Shown piece by piece: positions 1-11,881 of a stretch of 64,000 nt of DNA. Position 1 is the first letter of the stretch. The number at the start of each line of letters is the position of its first letter. The notes beneath the pieces are model-generated. The model saw only the letters and a list, made by a program, of their open reading frames with translations. It was not told the DNA's origin and did no database searches. Source of the DNA: Lepidodermella squamata (taxonomy: Eukaryota > Animalia > Gastrotricha); NCBI GenBank assembly GCA_047495785.1, contig JBLDXI010000007.1:2418001-2482000 (forward strand), read 5' to 3'. Both the position numbers and the translations under genes were made by a program.

Positions 1-1494
1 TTTGCATCTCAAAAAGTAACCCATAGCTTCAGATTGCTGAACCTGTCCATCTACCGCGATAAAGCCGCCGTAGATTCCAAGTTCGCCCGCGTATTTTGTG
101 ATTGATACATTGTCGGGAGATTCACCGGATGCGACACTGATGTTTGGCAGAAATGGAGGTCTTATCAAGCTCATCAGCACATAATTTTGCCTATCAGGCT
201 CATTCCGAATTTCGTGTAACTTTCGGCGGATATCCTCGCCGAAGTAATTGTTGCCACCACCTTCTTTCATCGGTTTCAGAACGAAATCCTCAGGTTTAGA
301 GATTCCTTGATCAATAGCTGCATCTCCAACTTCGCCTAGTTCAAGGCCATGCATTTCAGCGAAAGTTGACCTCATCCTCGCCATGGAATCAGCATTCATC
401 CCGAAGTGTTCGAGAACACCAGGTTTCGCTAGAACTTGCTGGATCTTCTTGTAATTTGCCAATTGGTGCGCGACACAAGGCGACTTAGCTGCTCGGCTGA
501 GTTCGATTGGCCGCCGAACTAGGTCCCAATCTCCGTTAACCCAATCGTAATTTTCTTCGTTGTAGCCTGTCCTGTAATAGACTACTGCGATTTCATGACC
601 TTCGACCGACAGCCGCCCAGATATGATCACTTCCTCTCGGTTGATCGAAGACCTTAGCTCAGCAAAAGTCCTCCGCATGGTCTGGATAGTGCCGTCAGCT
701 TCGCGAATCGCTAACTCAATCCATCGTTGTTCGAAGACATTTCTCGCAGGATCGTCAGCAATAATGAGAACCCATTTTTCTTGACATGCAAATATTTCAC
801 AGTACTTGTTCACCGCCTCGGCCATCATGCAGCCTTGGGCTTTGTATGGTTCATTTTTACGTCCACCAGGCAGCCTCATCGGCTCTGCATCTTGCGAAAA
901 GACTTGCTCAACGAAGAAATCGTGCCATTTGTTCACCTTTGATTGCATGGCCGACCCTCCAACAGCTATCATATTGTACTCGACCTGTTTTATCTGAAGT
1001 CGTTCGTTCGTTTTATGGAGCATGTAATCATTTCGGCTCAAGGCGATGTACAGTTTCGTTTGAGGCTGATTGTAAGCTTCTTCGTATAGACTCCACAGTT
1101 TTCCGGTGAAACTGTCAGTTTTTATAATGTTCTCCAAGTTGTTGAATAGGAATTCCCGGTCAAGAGAAACTGCGTGGATAAGACGCTGAAATGATCAAAA
1201 TCTGAGCAGTTCGAAATAAGAAAATAAGTTTACATGGAAATCAGTCTCTATCTGGTAAACTAATTCGAAAAGCCGTTGTGGGAATGGCATTGGGAACAAT
1301 AGGAAGGGATAGTTTAAAGCAGTATTGCTCGAGTTGGGGTCTTCACGAGTCCTTAAAAGGCCGCCATGGAGCATGACAAATTCTTTTGCCATTAACATGA
1401 TGTCTCGCAGCTGACTTTTCGACATGGTTAGCTTAGTCTTGTTAGGCAGTCTCAGAACCAGCTGCTGATCCGACTCGAAGGCTAGGATCTCCAT
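1..1494 (-). CDS. GSS: Glutathione-synthetase-like (eukaryotic ATP-grasp) paralogue 1; exons 1494-1234 and 1185 to beyond window start (3' end outside window)
   Basis: Phase-0 48-bp GT-AG intron 1233-1186 joins MLHGGLLR..YPFLLFP exon to an open frame with LSRNDY, QVEYNMIAVGG, ARNVFEQ, YYRTGY, KPMKEGGGNN, ELGIYG; homologous to the 2672-4211 gene with an intron at the same position. Confidence 0.9.
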
Positions 1495-2671
1495 TGTTTC
1501 AGGTTTATTGATTTGCGTCTGAGAGTTTTAAGGAGGCTAGGAATATATCTGAATTATATTGCCGAGTCGAATTTAATTAAAACCGGCGCTTTGCTTACAA
1601 TGATCAATAGAGTAAGGTGGTCGATTTTTCTCATGAAATTGTACCGCGGACTTGTAATGTAAATAATTTGCTCTGAGCCCTACAGCGACATATCATGTTG
1701 TATTCTATAGGTAGGTATCAGCAATTAGTTGCGGTCGAAACAAACTCTACTGCACGATTAATTATTTATGCTGAACTTATTATTCGTGGAATAACAGCGC
1801 AATAATCGCAAAAAAATTTACTCCGGAATAGCGGAGGAATAGCGATCTCGTATGTATTGACCTCACTATTGTCGTGCTCCCACTTCTGTAATTAAGCGCA
1901 TTAGAGTTGGTGAATTACATTACGCGTTATAAAATATAAAATACTGGGTTAAATTATAATTATTTTGATATTATTGGAAGTGGGATTTTGAGCGCTAAAT
2001 GAGATTTTTCGAACGGAAACTTCAAATCTATCAGAATAAAATAAATAACTTGTATTTGACGTAAGCTTTCCGTGTGAGTGACTACGTCCGAACACCAAAA
2101 CTTTGAGCCATTCACTATTGCCCCAATATTTGACCCTATACCTATGTTAAGAACAGCAGCTATGAATCAATTTTTGGTTTTAATATTACAGCTATTTTCT
2201 GTATAGCTTTTTGCCGGGCAAGTTTTCGGTATTGTATTGAAAGTGCAGTTTCATCATTATTTGCCCAATGAAATGATAAATAAATATTATCGTGGTCGGC
2301 TGCGTTTTTATTCAAAATTCTTTCGGTGAAACGCCGAATGGCTATTCGATTGAAAAAATCATCGATTAAACTAAAAAAGGTTTCTTTCGAAGTCGATTTC
2401 TCACTTTATTATTCGCAACTTCTTTTTCGCAACTTGAAATTATCACTTCTTAGAACCATTATTAGGAAAGAGAAATTTGTCACATGGCAAAATAAATCTA
2501 CTTTAAATATTTGTTTTCGGTAAAGGAAGTTGAAATCGATTAGTCGTTAGGTGGGATTTTGGGCGATGAGGTTGATCCGATAAGAGATATCATGGCCGAT
2601 CACACAACATCCTCCAACCTAACCTTTCACTTGCAGCCTTTAACGCTTAATTGGTTGAGTAAATAGGTAAG

Positions 2672-4211
2672 CTATTCTTCTGTGAAGTAGGCCGAGCTAA
2701 TACATCCACGGCCGCATAGAATACCGGTTTCCTTTGAGTCCCGTGGTCTGCACCTCATTTGGTAGCCAGTCACTTGATTATTTATCATTTGCCCATCAAC
2801 CGAGATGAAGCCACCATAGATCCCAATCTCAGCGGAATATTCAGTTTCCTGGGGATCATCAACACTTTCACCGGGTGCTACGCTGATATTGGGCCAAAGT
2901 GGGGGCTTTATAAGGCTCATAAGTACGAAGCAGTCTCTGCATGGTGCTGATTTGATTTCGACCATTTTATCACAGATATCCCTGCCGAAATAATTGTTGC
3001 CACCGCCTTCTTTCATAGGTTTCAGAACGAAGTTTTCAGGGTTTGAAATTCCACAAAGCATAGCTCTGTCTCCTTCTTCACACAGTTCAAGGCCATGCAT
3101 TTCAGCGAAAGTTGACCTCATCCTCGCCATGGAATCAGCATTCATCCCGAAACGTTCGAGAACACTAGGATTCGCTAGAACTTGCTGGATTTTCTTGTAG
3201 TTTGCCAATTGATGAGCAACACAGGGCGATTTAGCGGCTCGGCTTAGTTCAATTGGTCGCCGAACAAGGTCCCAATCTCCGTTCGTCCAGTCGTAATTTT
3301 CCTCATTGTAGCCTGTCCTATAGTAGACAACTGCGATTTCATGACCTTCGACCAACAGCAGCCCAGATCTAGTCACTTCCTCTCGGTTGATCGAAGACCT
3401 TAACTCAGCAAAGGTCCTTCGCATTGTTTGAATAGTGTCGTCAGCTTCGAGAATTGCAAACTCGATCCAACGTTGTTCAAAGATATTTCTTGCAGGATCG
3501 TCAGCAATGATGAGTACCCATCTTTCCTTGCAGCTGAAAACTTCACAGTATCTATCTACTGCAGACGCAATCAAGCGACCAGTTGACTTATCAGGGTCAT
3601 TGATCCGTCCCTCGCTAAGTTGTAATTTGGAAGTATCTAACGAAAGATATTGCTTGAAGAGGAATTCGTGCCATTTCGTTACAATAGGCTGAATAGGAGC
3701 ACCGCCAACCGCTATCATATTGTACTCGACCTGTTTGATCTGGAGCTCTTCGCCAGGACTAGGCTCGTGTAGCATATAATCGTTGCGAGTAAGAGCTAAG
3801 TATATTCGAGGATGGGTATTTTTGCTGTCATAAACTTCTTCATACAGCTCCCAGAGCCGTCGAGTAAAATTATCACGTTCGATTATGTTCCCTAGAGAAT
3901 GAAACATGAAGTCCCGATCCAACGAGACCTTATGGATAAGGCTCTAAAAATGTGAAAAACATAATGAGAAAAATGGAAGTTGTTCAACAAACCTGAAAGT
4001 CTGTTTGAAGCAAGAAAACCAGATCGAACAAATGCCGCGGGAATGGGAGAGGGAATAACAAGAATGGGTAGTTCGAGGCTGTATCGCTAGATCCTGGTGT
4101 TTCCTTGGTCCGCAACAACCCGCCATGAAGCATCACGTAGTCCTTTGCCATAAGCAAAAGTTCTCGTTTTTGGCCTCGAGTTAGGCTTTGCATTTTACGA
4201 CTAACGAGCAT
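2672..4211 (-). CDS. GSS: Glutathione-synthetase-like paralogue 2, ~496 aa; exons 4211-3993 and 3943-2672
   Basis: 49-bp phase-0 intron 3992-3944; motifs LTRNDY, QVEYN, RNIFEQ, YYRTGY, KKIQQVLA, KPMKEGGGNN, EIGIYG match eukaryotic GS, but substrate loops are divergent. Confidence 0.92.
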
Positions 4212-5284
4212 TTACTACACGATCGCTCGGCTTATCTACCGAGCCACAGCTTAAACCAGGTTTTAAATTTGTCAGTGCTACAATAGTAAAAGCCTTGCGT
4301 GCCACTTCACAAGAAAAACGTGAGGGGCTTTGTTTGATCTGCCGAAGAGCAAACGTCTTTTATACCGTATTGATCCGAGGTGAAATGTATGCAGCAACGT
4401 GAAGAATAACGCAACCAGTACGTTTACACATCTTTGGTTATTTCTGACATGGAGCAAAAAGGCGGTTTATGAGGTTTTGAACTTCTTTCACGCCAAATGT
4501 CACTTTGTTTATTATATCGCGACACACCATTCAGTGAGTGAAATGAAAAGTTATATAAACATCTCAAAACTGTGCTCAAAAGGGGCTGGACGGACAATTT
4601 TGGTGTAATAAATCCCTTATTACTATAACTGCATAATTGGCCACATTAGTGGCAGCTTTCAATGGCGAGACGTATTATTTCTAGCCGTTTGGATTTGTTT
4701 GCATTTTTTATGCGCACCCATTAATTATCGCCTTTTGTTGTTTACACGACAATGCTTCAAGACATATTCACACATTTTTCTGCTGGCTGGATACATGTAT
4801 TTAGCGCAATTCTTATTCGGAACGCAGAAGGCCGTATCACAGCATACAACTTGCGGCCGACAGGGATTGCGGCTGACGGTTGCAAACAATTAAAATACCG
4901 CCAGGAAATTCATTTTAGCCAGGATCAATTTTTCAGTTGTGGATATATAACATAAGGCAACAGGAAAAAGGTTCAGCTTGTGATTTTTGATAACTGACAA
5001 ATGAGTATTGGATACTATTCAAAGACTATGATAAAGCACTGAGTAGCTGCTCGAGTACGGGCTACGACTCTGGAGTTGATTATAGTCGATAATATCGATC
5101 AGTGTTTCACTCTTCACTAATGAGCAAAATGTATCTTCGGTCTGGATGCTATTCCAAGGCATCGACAGCATGCAATTCGCACGAATCTGACATCTACAAT
5201 GTCAGCAGAACTGCCCTTCTTTCATCATTTCGTTGTCCAAAAGACGGTCTCGCTTGTAGAGGAGGCGGTTAACAGGCTATCACC

Positions 5285-7663
5285 ATGTTGAGGGTATCCG
5301 AACTTCATCAGTCCTCTCAAAAATTCAGTTGCATCTCTGAAATTCGAGCGCTTTGCAGTATGAGTTTTATAGCAGCGGGACTTCTTGTACTTTCTCTTTA
5401 TGCCTTTCAAACGGTTGCTGAAAAACCGTATAAACTACTGCTATTCTCAACGGCAACGTATACAGGTTCTGAGCCGAGGGATGGACGTATTTGCCAGGCT
5501 GCGATGCAGGTTGCAGTTAACACTGCGAACTCTCGAACCGACTTGCTGCCTGACTATGAGCTCGTAACAGACTTTCGCGACGAAGGATTTCAAGCGCAAT
5601 TTGCTCCGAGAAGCTACGTCGCATTCATCAGAGCTGCGGAAGAGAAAATCAAGGCAGACCGTTCGAATCGAACTTTTCTAGCCCCAGTGATGTTGGGAAC
5701 TCTCCAGACATGCAATACGATCACTCGAATTTCTCAGTTCATGCGGCAGATACAATTCACGCCAGGATGCAGCGGTCCTCAATTTACGGCATTACGCACG
5801 ACTTACCCTCACCTTTACCGAAATCGAATTCCATCTGACTTTCAAGTTGTACCAATCACTGCTTTGATAGCATCAACACCTCGATGGCAGCAGTTCAGGG
5901 CAGTTGGTTTTTCTGCGACATCTGACAGCTTCTTAAACGACACCTTTATTCAGGGATTGAGGTTATATTATGGCAAACAAGACCTCGGCTCGATCAACAA
6001 CGATGTAGTGGATGACGGCTTGATGTGGCAGATTCGACGAAGGAACGCTAGAATAATCATTGTAGCAACAGGCTCAGTGGCTCAGAGCACTCAGTTTTTA
6101 TGTCTAGCTTGGCACGCCGGCGTAAGACCTCCATTATTCGTATTCTCACTAGTCTCGTCAAACTTCATCGATCCAACAGCGAGTGATATCAAATTACCCG
6201 GCAACTGCACGAGAGAAATTTTGTCGCAACAGGTGCAGCACACATTATGGACCGGACCTTTCGATTTCGCCATTGAAGATCACGGCGAAACGAGTTTTGG
6301 TTACGACCAGCAAGTATTTGACCTACTATTGGACGATTTGACGAACAACTCCCGATCGCCGGATTACGTACGTCGTCACAGGTGTTTCGACTCGATGGCT
6401 CAAGCTATTTTTTCATTGGATGGAGGGGAGAAGACTTTGAAGTCTAGAAACAAAACTCTGAAAGATTTCGCTAACAACCCCGATGTTGTCTGGAAGGCAG
6501 TAAATGAGAGCGCAGCTGCTTCCGATTTCGTAGGTTTGAGAATAGGACGCATCAAGTACACCCCAAGGCTGGAACTTGATTACGAGCCCTTGTATCTAAC
6601 TCAATGGACCCCTAAAGAAGGAATGCGGATAATTATTCGCGCCACCTTCAATGGAAACGCCACTAGTTCCGTGTACGACCTTCGTAATTACCATGCAGAA
6701 AAATTGAACGAACCAATATGGTTAACAGCAGATAAATTGGCTCCGAGGGATCTCTCGGAGATATTCTATATCTATGAATCAATCACAGCCGCTGACTTCA
6801 TTGTCATGGCTGTATTGGTCAGCGTTGCTGTCCTATTCAAATTAGTCATCGGCCTCCGTTTTAAACAAAGGTCAAATAGATTTTCTGCAATACCAGACAA
6901 TTTCATATCAGTTTTGTCGATATTCGGATGTTTGATATCTGACGCAGCCGCTCTGAGCCTACTTTCGATTTACAGTGGTGTTTACTCCAGTGAATTCTGC
7001 CTGTTGCAGATTGTTCTTTCTGTTATCGGTATCGCCCTTGTGAACTCAGCCCTTCTAGCAAGACTAACATCATTATTTCGATGGTCTCGAAAGAGATTAT
7101 TAGCGAGAAATCTGACGAGAATCAGGAGGATTCAAGCCAGGCTTTCGTTAAACCAAGTGACTGGGGCTGGGATTTTGACGGAAAGATCAGTTCGTTGTAG
7201 GATCCAGCCTAATTCTGTCATTGAAGCAGCTGCATTCCTGACGATTAATTTTGGAGCTTTGATTGCGTTCCTCGGAGCAGATCCTGTATATCTGGTACCG
7301 CAAAGCAGTCCTGTTCAATACGACGTGGAATCAGATGCTTACACCTCGAATCTTAAAATATTCTGCACATCGCGATACCTTAGACTCTGGGCACCTCTCC
7401 TTGCTGTGTTTCACATTGTACTCCTTGCTTTAGGCACTGCCATGGTTTTCGAGTATAGATCTGTCGGGAAGAGACACGTAATGATTCGAGCTGCTGCTGT
7501 TAATGCATTAACCATCATGGCCGTCGTTCTTTGCTTGATGGTCCTGCTCCCAGTTGACCGGTTCGTTCTACGCGATTCGATTCTAGGTTACGGTATATGG
7601 TTATACTCGAATTCGACAATCATTCTACAGTTTTACAAGGCATTTTTGAGAATGCGAAATTAG
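5285..7663 (+). CDS. Intronless class C GPCR, GABA-B-receptor-like (Venus flytrap domain + 7TM region)
   Basis: 792-aa ORF; hydrophobic signal segment (MSFIAAGLLVLSLYA), AMQVAVNTANSRTDLLPDYEL, YPHLYR, NARIIIV, FLCLAW as in GABA-B-type flytrap domains; no Cys-rich domain; multiple C-terminal TM helices. Confidence 0.8.
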   Translation: MLRVSELHQSSQKFSCISEIRALCSMSFIAAGLLVLSLYAFQTVAEKPYKLLLFSTATYTGSEPRDGRICQAAMQVAVNTANSRTDLLPDYELVTDFRDEGFQAQFAPRSYVAFIRAAEEKIKADRSNRTFLAPVMLGTLQTCNTITRISQFMRQIQFTPGCSGPQFTALRTTYPHLYRNRIPSDFQVVPITALIASTPRWQQFRAVGFSATSDSFLNDTFIQGLRLYYGKQDLGSINNDVVDDGLMWQIRRRNARIIIVATGSVAQSTQFLCLAWHAGVRPPLFVFSLVSSNFIDPTASDIKLPGNCTREILSQQVQHTLWTGPFDFAIEDHGETSFGYDQQVFDLLLDDLTNNSRSPDYVRRHRCFDSMAQAIFSLDGGEKTLKSRNKTLKDFANNPDVVWKAVNESAAASDFVGLRIGRIKYTPRLELDYEPLYLTQWTPKEGMRIIIRATFNGNATSSVYDLRNYHAEKLNEPIWLTADKLAPRDLSEIFYIYESITAADFIVMAVLVSVAVLFKLVIGLRFKQRSNRFSAIPDNFISVLSIFGCLISDAAALSLLSIYSGVYSSEFCLLQIVLSVIGIALVNSALLARLTSLFRWSRKRLLARNLTRIRRIQARLSLNQVTGAGILTERSVRCRIQPNSVIEAAAFLTINFGALIAFLGADPVYLVPQSSPVQYDVESDAYTSNLKIFCTSRYLRLWAPLLAVFHIVLLALGTAMVFEYRSVGKRHVMIRAAAVNALTIMAVVLCLMVLLPVDRFVLRDSILGYGIWLYSNSTIILQFYKAFLRMRN

Positions 7664-8468
7664 ACTAAAAAGACCAGACTAAAAATAATTTTTACCAATA
7701 AAACTAACTTTGTCGTTACATCGTGGAATGGGGCATTTTCCGCATTTTCAGCCGGCTTTCAGTCGAAAACCGTGGGATGCGAGCAGAGCGAGAGCTTCAG
7801 CTAATGATATTTTTTCTGATTTTTCTAGAAGAGTGCCCAAAAATGAACAAAGTCCCCGCAATTTCTCAGTTTTATTGAAATAACCAGGCGGCAACAAAAT
7901 GAGACCCTTGGCTTCATCGGTGGTCGCTATTCTGAGTTTTTGGAAGCTCAGATATAAAACAAAAAATCAAATGTGCCTGCAAAGGCCTCGACTTAAACCT
8001 GTCCTCCTAAACCTTAGAACAAGGCAGCCAACTATTTCGCCTGTCTTGTTTAGCACATTCAAGCTCACTGTGTCAGAAGTGTTAAAAATCAGCGTCATCA
8101 CCTTAGTCTTAGGTGCGAGCGTCAAGTCTGCCATTAAGTTGATTCACTGGCGCCATCAATCATGATGACTGACTTTAGACTTGAATGAATGCGTGGGGCC
8201 ATAAATGGCACTGGTGTGAATACCGAAGGCGAGAAATTAAGCGGCGTAATGGCTTTTTCCTCACTACTCTGAAAACCAGCAATGTATTTATCCTCAAAAG
8301 CTAAACCCCGTATTTATTTTGATTGCCGAAAGCGCATTTAATCGGCTTAATATCATAAAATCTCAGCTTTTGCTTGTTATCTCAGCAGCGCACTGACCAG
8401 AATCAATTAAACCAAAGCGAATTCACTCCCTCGGGAGAATGGTTAAATGAATTGCACAACCCTCGTAA

Positions 8469-9134
8469 ATGTTTCAAATGCCTGGATTTAGCGTTAACAT
8501 TTTCGCGCTTTTTTACTCGAACATCCTCATCAGCGAGGCAATTATCGCCTCGCCTAATCCGTTCTCATTATCGTCCAATGGCGTCAAGCTGCCTGTTGCT
8601 GTTTTCTTCAACCAAAAACGGCAAGACGATGCGAAAAGGCATGTGCGATTCCCCAACGCAGGGCCTTGCAGCTCTTTCATTGCAAGTCTTTCGCCGGAAT
8701 GCAACAAAAAGCCACAGATTGAAAAAATTACCGCCGAAATTCCAGTGAACAACTCAACAAATGAAACAGAAATATCGACAAAAATTCCGACGAAGCCTGG
8801 TAAACTGAAAATTCTAACAACTCAGAAGCTTATTTATGAAACAACGACTGCGATTGTTGCAAATTCTTCAACTCTCGTTCCACCTACAACAAAATCGTGG
8901 AAAAAAGCGCTGGATATATTAATGGACTCGAGAAATTTCGGGCGAGACTTCCGGCAGATTACAATACCTCAAAACAAGCCGACAACGGATAATTACCGTT
9001 TAGAACCAGCGGCTATTCACATAGATGACCACTCCGATTCGGCGCAAGAAGGCCTCTTTATTACGGCATTTCTATTCTCGTTCTGGTTCTCGTGTCTCAC
9101 ACTTGTAATAGGACTGTATATTGGCTTTTGTTGA
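8469..9134 (+). CDS. Uncharacterised 221-aa protein: signal peptide, Thr-rich stalk, C-terminal TM helix
   Basis: Single ORF; N-terminal hydrophobic segment; ends EGLFITAFLFSFWFSCLTLVIGLYIGFC; AATAAA immediately after stop. Confidence 0.65.
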   Translation: MFQMPGFSVNIFALFYSNILISEAIIASPNPFSLSSNGVKLPVAVFFNQKRQDDAKRHVRFPNAGPCSSFIASLSPECNKKPQIEKITAEIPVNNSTNETEISTKIPTKPGKLKILTTQKLIYETTTAIVANSSTLVPPTTKSWKKALDILMDSRNFGRDFRQITIPQNKPTTDNYRLEPAAIHIDDHSDSAQEGLFITAFLFSFWFSCLTLVIGLYIGFC

Positions 9135-9293
9135 ATAAAAACCTCGCAATTCAATTTTGAGACGCCCTGGGGTCGACTTTTCTAAATAGATAATACAAAA
9201 AAATATCGATTAAGCCCCAGGCGGATTAATGCGAAATTTGGCGATTGAAATTGATGTAGGGCATTTCGGCCCATTGTCCATTCAATGGTTTGA

Positions 9294-9956
9294 ATGCATG
9301 CGAATGTCTTGGCTGATTTTTTAATACCAATGATTTTACTCGCTCAATTTTCGCGGCAAGCGTCAATGATTGTTGGACTTGCGGATAAGGCGGACGAAGC
9401 GCCTGGGATCAACAGCGATGAAGGCGATGGTTGGATGCAGATTTTACAGACAATCAGCTGCCGGACGAAAGACTGCACCTCTCCGGTTTTGCCGTTTAAA
9501 GATTCTACCAGTTTCGAGTCTACAACGCAAAAATACCGAGATCTGAACAAGCTGTGCTGGTTGCTATCGATCCGCACCCCGGCTGATTGCGTGAAACGTC
9601 TTTCTGTGCTAAGCAGCTTCACTGGGTCGAGTATGAAGAAGAAAACGAAGCAGGGTGAATTCAAGCCTGACGTAGTGCTGGTATTTCCGAAAAACACCCG
9701 GGAGAACATCAACAAAATTGCGCATGAAAGTGGGTATGACTCACCGGCGGCAGATTCTACGACAAGAGCAGTCGCACGTGGGAAGGAGTTGGTTTTCAAG
9801 AAAAATGTCTCCATAACGATCATCGCTGCGACTGATTTAGACGTCCACCACGGCGACGAGGGACATTTCGTCGGCATTGTAATGGCTGGTGTTTTCTTGT
9901 CTATTTTCTATTTTTGCTTCTTTTCCTTCTGTTGCATTTACATATGCTGTATGTGA
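9294..9956 (+). CDS. Uncharacterised 220-aa protein: signal peptide, C-terminal Cys-rich TM helix
   Basis: Single ORF ending EGHFVGIVMAGVFLSIFYFCFFSFCCIYICCM; same size and layout as the upstream neighbour. Confidence 0.65.
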   Translation: MHANVLADFLIPMILLAQFSRQASMIVGLADKADEAPGINSDEGDGWMQILQTISCRTKDCTSPVLPFKDSTSFESTTQKYRDLNKLCWLLSIRTPADCVKRLSVLSSFTGSSMKKKTKQGEFKPDVVLVFPKNTRENINKIAHESGYDSPAADSTTRAVARGKELVFKKNVSITIIAATDLDVHHGDEGHFVGIVMAGVFLSIFYFCFFSFCCIYICCM

Positions 9957-10252
9957 AGTACGCGTGACCTCATTAACATCTTATTCATTAACTTCGAGTA
10001 TTAGAAGGGTCTCAGAGACTAGTAGATACTCGAAAAAGCTTGATGTTAGGAAAATTCAAATATTTTTTCATTGACCGATGCATCAGGTGTCATTTATGGC
10101 CATATATTCCCACTGAAACTGATGGATATTATTGTTAACGCACTTGATATATCGCATCATCGATTCATGCAATAAACATTCATAATTAATTAATATCGTT
10201 CGCAATGCTTTGAACTGCCGAACAGATTATCAAATTGATTGTTCCATCAATC

Positions 10253-11881
10253 ATGGAATTTGCCGGAATTTATCTGCTGTTTTTCGGCGCGATACTTTTG
10301 CAAAGCTTTGCCGTTGATTTCGATGATTACGACACTCCACTTCTTGACCGAGATAGGCGTCAGGTTGGCAAGACCAAGTCCAAGTCATACCAGACAGATG
10401 AAGTAGTGAGCAATGCAGATAATTTTACCTACGAATCCGACCTAAACACCACCACTTCAACTGCCGCTACAACCACAACCCGTCTATCAACCCAGGGCAC
10501 TACCACTCCAAACCGCTATGGCGATTTCCAATGCCCGAAAAGGATGGTTGATCAAATTGAAAGTAACAAAGATGACTGCAACATACTGCCTCGAGTTCCG
10601 GTTAAAGTTGCGATTCGGGTCATCATAATGTCCCTGAATGATGTTGACGATACCACAGGAGTTGTGAGCCTAACAGCCCGTCTCGAGTTCAAATGGCAAG
10701 ACCCACGGCTGAAGGTTGACGACTGCAAAAACGCCACCCTGGTCACGCATCTCATCGACAAAATCTGGTACCCATACTTCGAGATTCAAAACGGCGCACA
10801 GGACGTTGTGTTCCCTGATAGTTGGGAGAAGTACCCGGCCGTTGTCAATGCAAACGGGGTGGTTGAATGGCGTGTGTCGCTTCATCTTGACCTGACCTGC
10901 GTGTTCGACGTAACTTACTTCCCTTTTGACACGCAACTCTGCAACATATTGATTCTATCCCCAAACTACCCGTTCGATGACGTGGTCTACGTCCTTGAAG
11001 ACGCGAAGGCTGCTGTGGTCAAGTACAGGGAGTCGACATCTCACCCTATGTGGAGCCTGACCCAGCAAACTGCCGATTTCCCAACTCGAAGCCCGGGTAT
11101 CCAAATGTGGTATCGAATTGATAGAAGACCGTTCTACTACGTCTGGACCATTGTCATACCCTCTGTTGCTACAGCAATCCAAACTGGTTCGACCTTCATA
11201 TTGCCAGGTATGTTGCTATGTTGTTAGCGTCCTTAGTTACCTGTTTTGTATCAGCTGGCGGGGATGAGAAGATAAGCACGGCTGTTAGTGGTCTTCTCGG
11301 CTACTTTTTCCTCTTCACCTTGTTCATCTCAACTACCCCGGCTACGAGTGATACAACCCCTGTTTTGATGATTTTCTTCGCTTACAACATCCGTAAGACC
11401 TTTCAATTTACTCATCACCCATGAACAAGGTTTTTTTCTAGTTTTGACCGGCCTGGCGATAGTTGCAGCGTGTGTTGTCCAGAATTTACTGAAACTGGAA
11501 GATGTTGAGGCGGCGAAGATGGAACGTCGGCAAAGTGAAGGGGAAGTTTTCTCCGAGTCTGAAAATCCTTTGAAGCAGAAAATCAACCGAAGTGCGAGTC
11601 AACCGCCCGTAACCAAGGAATCAAACTTCAAGGTCGCTATCGCCAGAAATTCGCTGGATGGCCCAGTAGGCAATAAGGCTATGCAAACGAAACCCGCGAA
11701 ATCTAAAAGAGTCAAATGGTATCGAAGGCTAACAGCAGCCGAGGCGAATGAAGTCTGCCTCCTACTGTTTTTCGGGCTGACTCTCATTGGATTCTTGTCG
11801 TTTGGTCTATGCGTGACGTATACGAAGAACCGAGTCGAGGAGATGAGTGTATTCACAGATATGATGCCTTACATCAAGTGA
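10253..11881 (+). CDS. Cys-loop ligand-gated ion channel subunit (nAChR-like, non-alpha), ~510 aa; exons 10253-11207, 11255-11392, 11442-11881
   Basis: WQDPRL, IWYP, Cys-loop CVFDVTYFPFDTQLC, RRPFYY-M1, DEKIS M1-M2 linker; two frame-compatible introns of 47 and 49 bp. Confidence 0.92.

Noticed and set aside
727-3692. Plus-strand ORFs over the GS genes, and similar antisense ORFs elsewhere
   Set aside because: Antisense shadows of well-supported coding exons
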